In this document: positions 51,942-64,000 of the stretch, one piece after another
Layout of the letters: each line of letters opens with the position of its first letter
Numbering within the stretch: the first letter of the stretch is position 1
Assembly (NCBI RefSeq): GCF_006345805.1
Contig: NC_043020.1
Coordinates: 16,740,001 to 16,804,000 of the forward strand
From: Octopus sinensis
Lineage: Eukaryota
Length of the DNA stretch: 64,000 nt
Direction of reading: 5' to 3'
The notes under the pieces: generated by a model
Seen by the model: only the letters and a program-made list of their open reading frames with translations
Told to the model about the DNA's origin: nothing
Databases searched by the model: none
Position numbers and translations under genes: made by a program

Positions 51942-54900
51942 TTTATAAGTTTAACCTTTAAAGGTATTTTTTTAATATTGCTGGCCATTGATAAAAAATT
52001 TTTTCGGAAAAATTTTATCCTACATTAAATATATATATATATATATATATAAATGCAGTGTTTTGCTCAAGAACACAACACATCACCCAGTCCAGAAATT
52101 GAAATCACAGTCTTACAGTTATAAGTCCAACACCTTTAACCACTACACCATGCACCTCCACCAACTATAGATTATAGCTGTTAAGAATTAATGGGTTAGA
52201 AACCAGTTCCATCTTGGAACAATTCCAGGAATATCTGTTTATTGTAATATATATTTCTGTTTCTATAGAATACATTCTCTTGCTGGATCTAATTGCTTAA
52301 TACAAAATATTCTTTTAAATATTTAACAAGCATAGGAAAAATATTGCTTCTCGGTGTTTGGTTAATAAGTATTTGTTGAAATCAAATTAGCATAGCATTG
52401 TTGTGACTGTGATGTTAATCTGATGCATTATTGAACCTCAAGGTCATAAGTTCTTTCATTCTGCTATCTCCCTAAGCAAGGAATCTAATACTGCTTATTC
52501 CATTTTGTTGGACTGACCAGAACTCAGCTCCATTCTTTCATCATTATTAAATTGTCAGATGAAGGAAAGAAATCTATCTGCCATTAAACCCAACAACTGC
52601 TTCAGTAACAACTAAAAAAAAAAAGAAAAGAAACACTCCACTAATACAAACATGAGAAAACTGATGTTAAACAGCTAAGTATTTAGATAGGTAGACAGAT
52701 AGATATATAGATAGATTTTTTTTTACAATGCTTTTGCTCATCCCCATGACTTTCCATTGTCATCCAATTCCGTTATGAATTAGAATTGGAAGCTTAAGTC
52801 ATAGATGATTACATGGATGCCAACCCTATGAATGCATTGTAGTTAATGTCTTGATAGAGCTTAGTGATCTTGACCATTGACCTTCTTGAATTCCTCTGCT
52901 CAGCAGCAAGGTAAGAAGTACCATTGGCTCAGTTGAGCTCTTCTATTACCTCTTCACAATCCATCATGCTGTAGCCATATGACTTCACTTCACCATATCC
53001 CTGGCAGTGTGGCTGAACAAGTGCTATGCTTTTCCAAAGGTCAGCCTGTAACTATGTAGGGCGTGGTCATCACTCTTTGAGGTACTTTCAAATACTCACA
53101 TAGATAGATAGACAGACAGACATTGATGTAATGAAGAAAACAAAGGCCAACTGATGTTTTCTTTGTGTCCATATGCTCCCCAAGTCCACATACACCAATA
53201 TCAGTCTATAAACATTTATTTGACAGTCCCAAAATCCATTAACTGCGCTTTGTTAACTGCATCAATGCAATTTTTAATAAAACTTTCAAGTTTTACTTTC
53301 ATTTTTTTTTTTCTAGAACTGTAGTTTGAATTGTAGTATGGGCTTACCAATAAACTCGTTTGTTAAATTTCTGCCCTTTAGACCAGATTTGTCTTCTCAA
53401 TCAAATATATTCCTTGAAATGAAAGTCTACTGACCAACTTGATGACTTGACTATGTACAAGTTATATAAGTTGACATTGTATATAAATTTATTAAGGCAG
53501 TAAGCTAGCAGCATCATTAGCACATGATTACCACCAGTTCATCCATCTGTGTTCAAATTCTGCTGAGATCAACTTTACCTTTCACCCTTTCAAGGTCAAT
53601 AAAATGTCAGTTGAACACTGGGGCTGTTGTAATCAACTTACTTCTCCCCTGAAACTACTGGCCTAGTGCCAAAATTTTAAATCAAAATTAAATATAAATT
53701 TAAGGCTGTGAGCTTGTCGAATCAGTGGCATGCAGGGCAAACTGCTTAGCAGTATTCCATCCATCTTTACATTCTGAGTTCAAATTCTGCCAAGGTTAAC
53801 TCTACCTTTCACCTTTCCAGGGTTGATGAAATATGTGCAAGTTGAGCATTCAGGTCAATTTAATCAACTAGGCCCCTCCCCAAAAATTTCAGGTTGTGTA
53901 TGTATAGTAGGAAGGATATCTATATAACTGACATACAATCTTCCAATATGCAGTTTGGTAATTATTTCACAATTATTATTTAATACAGAAATATTATTTT
54001 GTAAACTTTTTTTGCCCTACCCATTCCTCTCCTTCCTATTTTTATCAAGTTTAAAATCTATGGCTCACAATCAAAGAGGCCACACTTTTCTTTGGTCCCA
54101 ACCCAAACCAAAGAAATGTGGATAACCTCTGGTCTGCAATCTATTTTGTGCAAACTGATCACTATAGCAGCACCCTCTGTTGATGATTTTTTTTTTTTTT
54201 TTTTCCTTATTTCTTTCCATTTTATTCTAAGAATTGCTGTCATTTTACCCCATCGTTTTTCATTAATCTTTGCAGCAACCTTTTTCTTTTTCTTTTCTCT
54301 TTCTCTGTCTCCTCTAACTCTTTTTCTCTATCTCTCTTGTTCTTTCTCTCTCTCACTAAATATATATATACATATATATACATATCTGTTTTAAAAATAT
54401 TTTCATTATTTATGCTTTATAGTATGTTCAGGAAAAGAAACCTCCTCTCAGTTGGAGTGGTGCAATTTCTTTGGTAAGCCTGGCACTGGCAACTTTTCTT
54501 TACCACATTCTCAATAATTTAGCTGTTACAGAGCCAGTCATGTTCTAGAGGAATAATTTTGCAGCTGACCATCATTTCACATTCCACCGTCCACTTCCCC
54601 ACTCACTCACTTCACCTAGACAATCCCCAGCCCCTCCCCACTAATTAGGGCACGCTTTCAAGCATCTCTTGCTGAAGTAATTAAATCTCTACTATCAGTT
54701 TAGACATCGTAACACTTTCATCATTTAGAGTTTGCTTTGAGGATTAATCAGTGAAAGAGACTAGCCATAAGATGATGATATCAATTTAATATGCATGACC
54801 ATGCACACAACTAATTGCAGATTGTGCAAGGTTTTGGTTACTTATAAACACTGTTGATCTTCTAAATATTAATGGAGAATTATCTTAGAGAGGTTATTCT

Positions 54901-55582
54901 ATGAATACTTAAAATCTAAATCATTGTGTATATATAGTTCATTATTGGGGTATATGTGTGTATTTGTGTAGAATATCAAGGTATGAATATTAGAAGCATA
55001 ATTAGGGGCTTAAGTGTATGTCTTTCTGTTGAAGATTTTTCACTATAAGTCGGACAACACTGAATTTGTTTCTTCCTGCATACAGCATTTGTCATTTCCT
55101 TTGTTGAGGCTCAGTAAAACCTTTTTGACCCAACCAAGCTGTTTCATGACATATCTTTAATAAGTTCTCTCACCTTTGATGGTTTTACGCGTGACAAATA
55201 TTCCATTATTTCTTACTTTCAGTTCCCCCACATTTCTGCAACCGAACCACTGCCACGTGAACCTATATTTAATATGCTAGACGCTGCCACCACCATCTCT
55301 GTCCTACAATACCACTTTTTTCTTCGTCTTTTGCTGCCCAACACATAGAACTATATTATGTCTGTCCCATTCCTCTCTCTCACCCTTATAGGCCTTCTCC
55401 TTTCACAGCTCATATTTCAAGTTCTCAGTTTGGTGTAGATGGTGCAGGCAATTGAGCACAAGTCTAAATATTTTGCCCATTCGTATTTTGGTGTCTTACA
55501 TTATAGCATTCCATTCCAAACAGGGTTGACTTTGCATTTTGTCTTTCAGAAATTGATAAAATAAAAAATATCTGAATACCAG

Positions 55583-56011
55583 TACTCTTTTACTTGTTTC
55601 AGTCATCTGACTGTGGCCATGCTGGAGCACCGCCTTTAGTCGAGCAAATTGACCCCAGGACTTATTCTTTGTAAGCCTAGTATTTATTCTGTCTGTCTCT
55701 TTTGCTGAACCGCTAAGTTACGGGGACGCAAACACACCAGTATTGGTTGTCAAGCGATGTTGGGGGGACAAATGCAGACACACAAACACACACGCACACA
55801 CACACACATATATATATATACGTATACATATATACGTATACATATATACGACGGGCTGCTTTCAGTTTCTGTCTACCAAATCCACTCACAAGGCTTTGGT
55901 CAGCCCGAGGCTATAGTAGCAGACTCTTGCCCAAGGTGCCACGCAGTGGGACTGAACCCGGAACCATGTGGTTGGTAAGCAAACCACTTACCACACAGCC
56001 ACTCCTGTGCC
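55583..56011 (-). mobile_element. SINE family B, full length, antisense
   Basis: Reverse complement of the family B consensus. Confidence 0.87.
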
Positions 56012-58245
56012 TGTAATATATACTCTTTTACCGACTTAATAAACTATAAATTTTTGCTCTTCAAAAACTAGTCCTTGTGTCACATCAAGAGATCTATTTT
56101 CAGTTCAAGATTCCACAGGTCTGAGATCTGTGTGTGTGTGTTAAGAGAGACAAAATCTCTTTTCTTCATCAACAAGGACAGTTATGTAAATCTCTCGGTC
56201 TTTTGAGATTCCTAGGCATCATCACATTCCTGCTAAAATAACCATCGGTGCTAATTAGGTGACCTCAATAACAGTGTTATTCAGCAGCTTCAAGACAATT
56301 ATCACTATAGTAACTAGTTTGTTGCTATGAGACAAATGTACTTATTGTTTTACCAATACATTTAGTTCTCAAACAACTACTACTACTACTATGACTATTA
56401 TTATTTGTGATAATCTCCCTCCCTACACCTCACCTGTGTTTTTCTTGTGGACATTGACTTATAGCTGTTTAGGCTGGGCATCAGTTTCCCCTTCTGAGAA
56501 AAGGGACTAGAAAATATCATGGCGCTGACCACCACCACCTGCCCTTCCTTCTTGCCCTCTTGATTAACTTATTAAAGAATAAATCATTTTATTTAGTTAC
56601 TTTGTTGTTTTTTTATTGTTTCTTTTTAAATATTTGTCTATTTCTTGCTGCTGCCTTCTCTCCATATAAGGCACCAGTTTCCTAATTTTTGTACACAAAG
56701 TTCAACTGTTTACATCTTACTTCTGGTGGAGCATTAGATTATTATCATCAAGCTGTTTTATTTTGTTTTGAATTTCTTTTGTTTTTTTAAAGTTTTTATC
56801 CCCCACCCTTCTCCTTCTCTCCCCCTTTCTGTGTCACTCAATCTTTCTATCTCATAATAATCCTCTCATTACGTTTTGCAAGTTAACTCTGATAATGACA
56901 TAACTAATTATCTGAAGTCTTTGTGTGTCCTCTTTAGCTATGGCTACAATTTGGATACTGCTCCTAATTGCCTGCACCTTTATCAGCTAATTAATAACAC
57001 TTGATGTGGCCAACACTGTAGAGTTATAAACTAACTGCTTTTATAAATAGTATTTACATGTGTCCTTATTGGGGTTTCGCATTGAAATCATAGCAGGGTT
57101 GACTTCAGCTTCCATCATGTCATGATCGATAGAATATGTACCTGTAATATACATAGAGAATCAATTCCATTCTTCATATTCCTGCCTTACAAATCTATAG
57201 CCTTGTACATTATCATCATCATCACTTTAACATTCACTATTTCATACTTGCATGGAATTGGACAGCATTTACTGAGGTAGATTTTTTATAGACGGATGGA
57301 TGTCCTTTCTGTCGTTAACCCTCACTCGTTTCTGAGCAGTGTACCAATGTAGGAAGCCATTATCATATCAGTGATTAGAAACAGCAAGAACTCAAAGAGG
57401 GTCTGCAGTGAAAATAATCTATGAAAACACTTAGGAAGTGCATCTTTTAATTGATGATGCTATTTAAAAAAAGCCCAACCAATGAAACTGGCAGAATAAG
57501 GAGCCAGAGTGAAGATTTTAAGATTAGCATATATCATCATCATCGTTTAACGTCCGTTCTCCATGCTAGCATGGGTTATTCACTTAAAATCTAAAGCAGA
57601 CACAAAAACAGAGCCAGGATCTTAATATTGTCTATCTAACCTAATATAGGGGAAGAGGAGAAAAAAATCCCGAGTAAACTAAACTCGTTTGTGGAAATAA
57701 GTAGTAATCTGCATCAGAAAAAAAAGACAGTTAATAAAATATTAGTTCGTGTGCTGCAAGATGTGAATTTTGATAATTCTGGCAGGATCATTCTTCGTAG
57801 TGTTCCACACGCTCTGCATTTCTTTGAATAAGGGTTCTTCCTTTGCGAAAAGGAAACAATTCCAATTCATGGTAAACAAGAGATATCAATCATTCCATTT
57901 TACATGTTGATGCTTTATGTGGTTAAAAAATGTGCTTTTGTGCTTAATAACCACATGGTGTTGCGTTTCATTCAATTTACATGACATCTGGGGTCCAACT
58001 TCTACCATAGTCTCAGGCTGACCAATGCCTTTATAAGAGAAATTTGTTACATGAAATCTATTTGAAAGCCCAACCACTGTATGTGTATGTGTGTGACTGT
58101 GTGCATGTGTGTGATAAAAACTTATATTTAGGTCAAGTAAAGGAGGAGGTAATTCTTCAGAAGGGATATAACTCTGGAAATTCTTAGCCACTTAAAATGA
58201 GTACCTAGAATGCAGTACCCCAGCATGGTATCAATCTAATGATTA

Positions 58246-58309
<64 letters not shown>

Positions 58310-58313
<4 letters not shown>

Positions 58314-58500
58314 AATGAAAAAAATCAAGGTATAAATGCCAAAATAATTTAATCATAAAAAACATTTTAGGACCCAAGTCACTGGGTATTGACTCGTCAT
58401 CACGCTGATGACAGGTCAATACTCAGAAACACAGGTCCAAAAATGTTTTTTATGATTAAATTATTTTAGAATTTTCTACCTTGACTTTTTTCCTTATGTA
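58310..58500. repeat. Head-to-head ~92-bp inverted repeat between (TA)n tracts, each arm a hammerhead-plus-tail unit
   Basis: GTCATCA-cgc-TGATGAC centre; both arms share AAAATAATTTAATCATAAAAAACATTTT; the left copy is decayed. Confidence 0.88.
58404..58438 (+). ncRNA. Minimal hammerhead motif (core intact, stem I lost at the inversion junction)
   Basis: G-CUGAUGA-C-AGGU/caau/ACUC-A-GAAA-C-ACAG-G-UC|C; same family as 60248-60290. Confidence 0.6.
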
Positions 58501-58555
58501 TATATATATATATGTGTGTGTGTGTATATGTATATATATATATATGTGTGTGTGT

Positions 58556-58943
58556 GTGGCTGTGTGGTAAGTAGCTTGTTTACCAACCACATGGTTCCGG
58601 GTTCAGTCCCACTGCGTGGCACCTTAGGCAAGTGTCTTCTACTATAGCCTTGGGCCGACCAAAGCCTTGTGAGTGGATTTGGTAGACGGAAACTGAAAGA
58701 AGCGCGTTGTATATATGTATATATATATGTGTGCATGTATGTTTGTATGTCTGTGTTTGTCCCCCCACCATCGCTTGACAACCAATGCTGGTATGTTTAT
58801 GTCCCCATCACTTAGCGGTTCGGCAAAAGAGACCGATAGAATAAGTACTGGGCTTACAAAGAATAAGTCCTGGGGTCGAGTTGCTTGATTAAAAGCGGTG
58901 CTCCAGCATGGCCGCAGTCAAATGACTGAAACAAGTAAAAGAG
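58556..58943 (+). mobile_element. SINE family B
   Basis: Matches the family B consensus; the 5' end merges into (TG)n. Confidence 0.85.
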
Positions 58944-58992
58944 AGAAAGAGAGATATGTATGTATATATATATATATATATATGTATATACG

Positions 58993-59026
<34 letters not shown>

Positions 59027-59058
59027 GATATATATATATATGTATATACGTATATATA

Positions 59059-59102
<44 letters not shown>

Positions 59103-59239
59103 TATATATATGTATTCATATGTGTATATATATGTGTGTGTGTGTATATGTATACATATATATATAAAAGAGTAAAGAGTATATATATAGACATATGTAT
59201 TTATGTATATATATATAGACATATATATATGTATTCATA

Positions 59240-59299
<60 letters not shown>

Positions 59300-60080
59300 T
59301 ATGTATTTATGCATATATATATATATGGACATATATATGTGTGTATTTATGGGTATATATACACGGGCGTGAATGATAGTGTATAGAAGAACATATTGGT
59401 TTAATGCATGAAAGTACTAGTTCAATCAGAACGAACATTTAATATTCTATCATTTCATTATATTATATTATTACAAGATTGTAAATAAAACGTGAAAAGA
59501 GACAAAGTTAGAATTCCTTAGATTAATATATATGTTTGTGTGTATGTGTATTTATATATATACACACATAAATATATATGTATATACACATACTTACATA
59601 TTGTATATTTCAATAGAATATTTATCAAAATTTATAAAGAAGTAAGCATACGTAACTTATTGGAAACTTGGTATGGAAATGATCTGAATTATGCAGAAAA
59701 ATCCTTTGTACTTAGTTAATCAGTTCCTATCATAAAAAATCTGTAAAGTAATATAATATAATATTTAAAAGGATTTATTCGGATAACTCCCATAGATATT
59801 ATTGCCATAATAGATATTTGAAAGATATTTAGAAACAAAATATATGTCTAAAAATAAACGTCTGTCATTTGTTTTGCTACTGAAATATAAATGAATATTT
59901 AAAATTAAGAAAAATACAGTGTTTGCTCTTTCAAGTTGAAAGAATATAAACTATAAGCCATACAGCTGACATTTAAAACTAAATGGAAAGATAAATGTGG
60001 TTTTTGTTTGTTTTGTGGTACAAGCACATGTGAGTAATAATAAATCTGTGAACGAGATATAAACAGTAACTGTACGACAA

Positions 60081-60400
60081 TGTGAGGTATATTTGCCATC
60101 TCAATAGGGCTAAACACTAAGGGTGGGTGTTACTGTAGCTTGTAGCCCCAGGAGAACATCGTCTCCAGCTGGCTTTAGGCACACTTTCTGTGCCCTTATG
60201 GTATTTGCAAAGGGAGGTCACCCTTCCCTCGTCAACCTAAGTGATATGCATGGACTGCAGTTTCTAGGTTTTGACCTGTCATCAGCGTACGACAATCACC
60301 GGTTTTCGAAAACCGGTGATTGTCGTACGCTGGGGCTACAAGCTACAGTAACACTCACCCCTAGTGGTTAGCCCTATTGAGATGGCAAGTATACCTCACA
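60081..60400. mobile_element. Fold-back mini-element: 70-bp inverted repeats enclosing a hammerhead and a perfect 50-bp palindrome
   Basis: Arms 60081-60150 and 60331-60400 differ at 4 of 70 positions; palindrome at 60283-60332. Confidence 0.92.
60248..60290 (-). ncRNA. Minimal type I hammerhead ribozyme (GUC cleavage site)
   Basis: GUACG-CUGAUGA-C-AGGU/caaa/ACCU-A-GAAA-C-UGCA-G-UC|CAUGC; palindromic stem III loop UGCA; stem I has 4 of 5 pairs. Confidence 0.75.
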
Positions 60401-62270
60401 TGTGAGTGTTTACTATAAATGCATATGTGTATGTGAGTAGAGCCTGGTGTGTGTGTGTGTGTGTGTGTGTGTATTCTGTTATTGCTTTCAGTCTTTGAAC
60501 TGTGACTGTCTCTGAGGTACCACATAATTTATCTTATTGAGACCCCGGTATTTATTTCAGTCTCGTATTTATTGAATTGTTAACTTGCATATTTAGTATA
60601 AAGGGAGGCAGCTCAATGCCAGTAAACTTAAACACACACAAACATAAACACACATACTGATGGCTCTGTTAATTTGAATTGATGATGGATGTACCCAATT
60701 ATCATCTCAGAAGCATGGTTAACTCAATCTCAGCGTTGCAGTCCTTAGCACAGCTGCTGCACATAAAGGCTAATAATGAAGATGCAACACATAAAATCTG
60801 TTATTGCAGTGCTCTTGATGCATGTATGTGATCTAGCCCTTCTTTTTACACGTGCTACCGACACAGGTGCCAGTGAAGCGACGTTGGTAACGATCACGCT
60901 CGATTGGTGCCCTTTTACGTGCCACGGGTACGGAAGCCAGTTGGCTGCTCTGGCAACGATCACAACGATCACACTCAGATGGTGTTCTTGGCATCATGCT
61001 AGCACAGGCATAAGTGCCAGTAAGGCGACGCTGGTAACAATCATACTTGAATAGCTGCTCTGTCAACGATCACACTCATATGGTGCTCTTTGCACCCTGC
61101 TAGCACGGATGCCAGTCATCGAATTGATTTTGATTTCACTTGCCTCAACAGGTCTTCACAAGCAGAGTTTAGTGACCAAAGAAGGAAAAGGTACACATAA
61201 GCGGGCTGGTTATGCTCCTGGCATAGACCACAGGTTATGGTTTCATCTGGCTTGCCGGGTCTTCTCGAGCACACAATACATAAGACTTTGTATACAGCAA
61301 TCTCTATCTGTGGTGGGGTTGGAATTTTGCCAAACTCTTTAAGAACTTGATCATGGCACCAGTAGCTTTCACTATCTGCTTGCTGTTCTTTGGTTTGAGG
61401 AATAGGTTTGGAGAGCCTGTTGGTTCTAAGTAGCTGAATTCATCCTTTATTCATTTGATATTATTACCTATTCTGATACTGGGGACTTTAGTGACATCTT
61501 GGCTCATGAATACCATCTTCGTGAAATGGACAGTCAAACCAAATTCCTGAGGTAATGTGTAAGGAAACCAACTAGCCTCTGGAGGCTTGACTGTATGTTA
61601 GATCTCCAGACAATATCAGTAATGAATCTTTGACCTGGAATGTATTCAAACACATTTGTAAAGGAGGTAACATAACCTCTGACCGAGAAAGTCTGACAGC
61701 GGTTATATGTCTGGATAGGAGAAAGGTTATGTGTAGTGTTTCTATTGCCTCAATTTTTTTTTACATGAAAGAGTTAGCTCAATACAGTTTCCTGTCTGCC
61801 AGTTCTATTCACAAGGTTACACTTAAAGACATGGCTATGGTTGTGTGTGTGTACATGGGTACAAGGGTACTAGCATGACTGTGGGTTTTAGGTGTTTACT
61901 TCACAGCTGTATGGTCCTGAGTGTGATCCCACTGCGGGTCACCTTGAGAAAATATCTTAGTTTCAAATTGACGAATACCTTGCATTAAATATAGCTAGAC
62001 TGTAAAAACGACAATGTATGTAAGTCGGTGTAAATACATTGCAGTATATGCATTTGCAAAAGAGAGGTAACTCTGGAAGAAATGTATCTTATTCAATGAA
62101 AAATCCTTAAAATTAACTCCAGACTAAGTATCAAGAGCTACCTGCTCCAGTGACTAGAACTTGTGAAAGTATATACATAGATGTGTACACTCACACTGAC
62201 ACACATCTGTTAGTTTATTTCCATCAAGGCCAAGGCTATGCTGAAACCCCACAACCCTTCTTCAAGTGTA

Positions 62271-62315
<45 letters not shown>

Positions 62316-63366
62316 GTGTATGTATGTACAGGTATTAGTTAGTGTGTCACAAGGTACTTTTCTGCTGTCACCATTATCCATCACCCCCATCCCTGACTCA
62401 CCATCATATTGCTATCAAAAACACACCACACCTTCTCAATGCTTCTATACTTAGTATTTAGTTAGTTAACAGTAGTTAGTTGCTAGTAACACTTGGATGT
62501 GCACATGGTCACCACTGGCTACTTATGTCTTATTTTTAGTGATTTTTTTTTTTAAATTCTTGGTCGTGTAACAAACTTTTTTTTGTATTTTCCTTGGTGG
62601 TTGTTTATATTTTTTCTTTCCTACAAGTTTTTTTTTTCTGTTAGTTAGAGTTCTACATACAGCACGCTTATCAATTCTTAGTTTTGTTATGAACTCATGT
62701 GTATCCAGTTACTGTTTTATGCAAAATTCTATATTCTAAAGCACCTTACTGTTACTTTTTTTTTTTCACTGGGGGAGGGAATTTAAATAAACCAAAAAAA
62801 GCTAAAAAGTAATAATAAAGTAATGTTTGGTAAATTGTCAAACAGAATAATCATTAATTTTTTAAATCTATTAACCATCAATTAAGTTATTTTTTAAAAA
62901 GTACATAATGTCCGTTTTTCTTTTCCTGGCAGGATTCATTTGTTTATTTATTAAAAATCGTTGACCAAAAAAATCCAATTTTGCTCTCTAAACTGTTGTC
63001 ACTATCTTTTGTTTTTAGATGTATGTATGTTTTATATACATGTGAATGGTGATATAATGTCTGCTATATAACTAATATGATTATGAAACAGCTGTAAGCT
63101 AAGGGAATAAACAACTATTCTCTCACTTCACTTATCTGTTTAACTTATATATAAATGTTTTTTATGTTCCTTTTACAGTGCTTTGGTGTATGAATATTCA
63201 TTATTTGTGGACTCGAAAAATTAATGTATATGACACACACACAGAATGTTAGGCTAAATTTGATAGTTTGCATAAAAGGAAACGAAAATACAATATGCCA
63301 TCCAAAAGTAAAAATATTTTAAACAATCAAAAAATATTGAACAGATTATGACTGGGAAATAACAGC

Positions 63367-64000
63367 TTACTCTAAGTAGCTGCTCTCATCTTCAACCATG
63401 GCTCAAGATGGTTCTGGAACCTGATGCATGTATTTCTCACTTTGTCCATGGGATGATCTTCAAGCATCTCCTTGATCTTGACCACCAGCTCAGCCCTGGT
63501 GTTGCAGGCCGAGCAATTGGTATCATTCTCAACAGTGCATCACACATCATAACCCTTGGGATTACAACCAAGGGAATTATGAGGCCAGAAATTGAAGCAA
63601 CTGAAGTCATAGAAGTTCTCCAACAACCACTTCTGACTCTTTCCAGAGGTATAGCAAAGATCCAAATCCTGTTGCCAAAATATGGCCTTCCAATAACAAC
63701 TCTCTCCAGCCAGGATTTGACCACAGTCCCCTGCAGCTTCACTTAGTTGTCTAAATTGAGCCTAAGGCCCTGTCCAAATATGTGGGATGCATGATGTCAC
63801 CCTCTCTGGAGTCACATTCAAAGACCATCACAATTTGGGGGAACCTGGTTTTCATGATGTCCATATCACCTCTTGCAGCCTTTACAGTGTTCACAGAGCT
63901 TAGAGCAGCAGTCATGATGTTGGCATTTTGATACCAGGTGTGAATCATCATGATACAGGTAGCTCTCTTCCACTATTCTGATAGCTTCCAGTCCTCCATT
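63367..64000 (-). pseudogene. Decayed IS630/Tc1/mariner transposase, maT (DD37D)-like, truncated by the window edge
   Basis: Minus-strand pieces MKTRFPQIVMVF...EGDIMHP, WQQD, WPHNSLGCNPKGY and VEDESSYLE* parallel the recalled MKTKFPATVMVF...EGHIMPP, WQQDSAPAH, WPPSSPDLNPLDY and EGGYIE*. Confidence 0.75.

Noticed and set aside
60170-60235. Second hammerhead-like motif on the minus strand (TTGACGA...AGAAA with TTAGG/CCTAA pairing)
   Set aside because: C3 is mutated, stem III is essentially absent, and the cleavage position would be G.
60840-61110. CRISPR-like or novel repeat array
   Set aside because: These are the degenerate internal tandem units of repeat family D in a eukaryotic intron; there are no unique spacers and no cas genes.
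62920-63200. Strong-looking acceptors (ttcctggcag at ~62930, ttttacag at ~63178) as the next tomosyn exon
   Set aside because: The downstream frames hit stops or lack a donor, and show no tomosyn similarity; the next exon is probably outside the window.

Overview
AT-rich, microsatellite-dense animal genomic DNA, most likely an octopod cephalopod (inferred from the repeat families and microsatellite density). The whole window appears to lie inside one + strand gene, tomosyn (STXBP5/STXBP5L family). Six GT-AG exons (18177-18249, 19840-19987, 23626-23693, 30067-30107, 31273-31475, 47409-47555; 680 coding nt) splice in frame with matching phases. No upstream or downstream exon was recognised. Almost all ORFs in the supplied track are artefacts of (TA)n/(TG)n repeats. 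The introns hold several tRNA-type SINE families, non-autonomous Helitrons, hAT- and piggyBac-type MITEs, decayed Tc1, mariner and maT-like transposons, and a HERO-like non-LTR fragment. The main unexplained signal is a set of type I hammerhead ribozyme (HHR) motifs, nine annotated plus one half motif, from several unrelated sequence families. Most sit inside short fold-back (inverted-repeat) elements, often next to (TA)n tracts. The best copy (51738-51801) has an intact catalytic core, lies on the sense strand of the tomosyn pre-mRNA, and sits in the loop of a 123-bp, about 97% identical inverted repeat. The link to Penelope-like elements or retrozymes is inference, because no RT or GIY-YIG ORF is present in the window.
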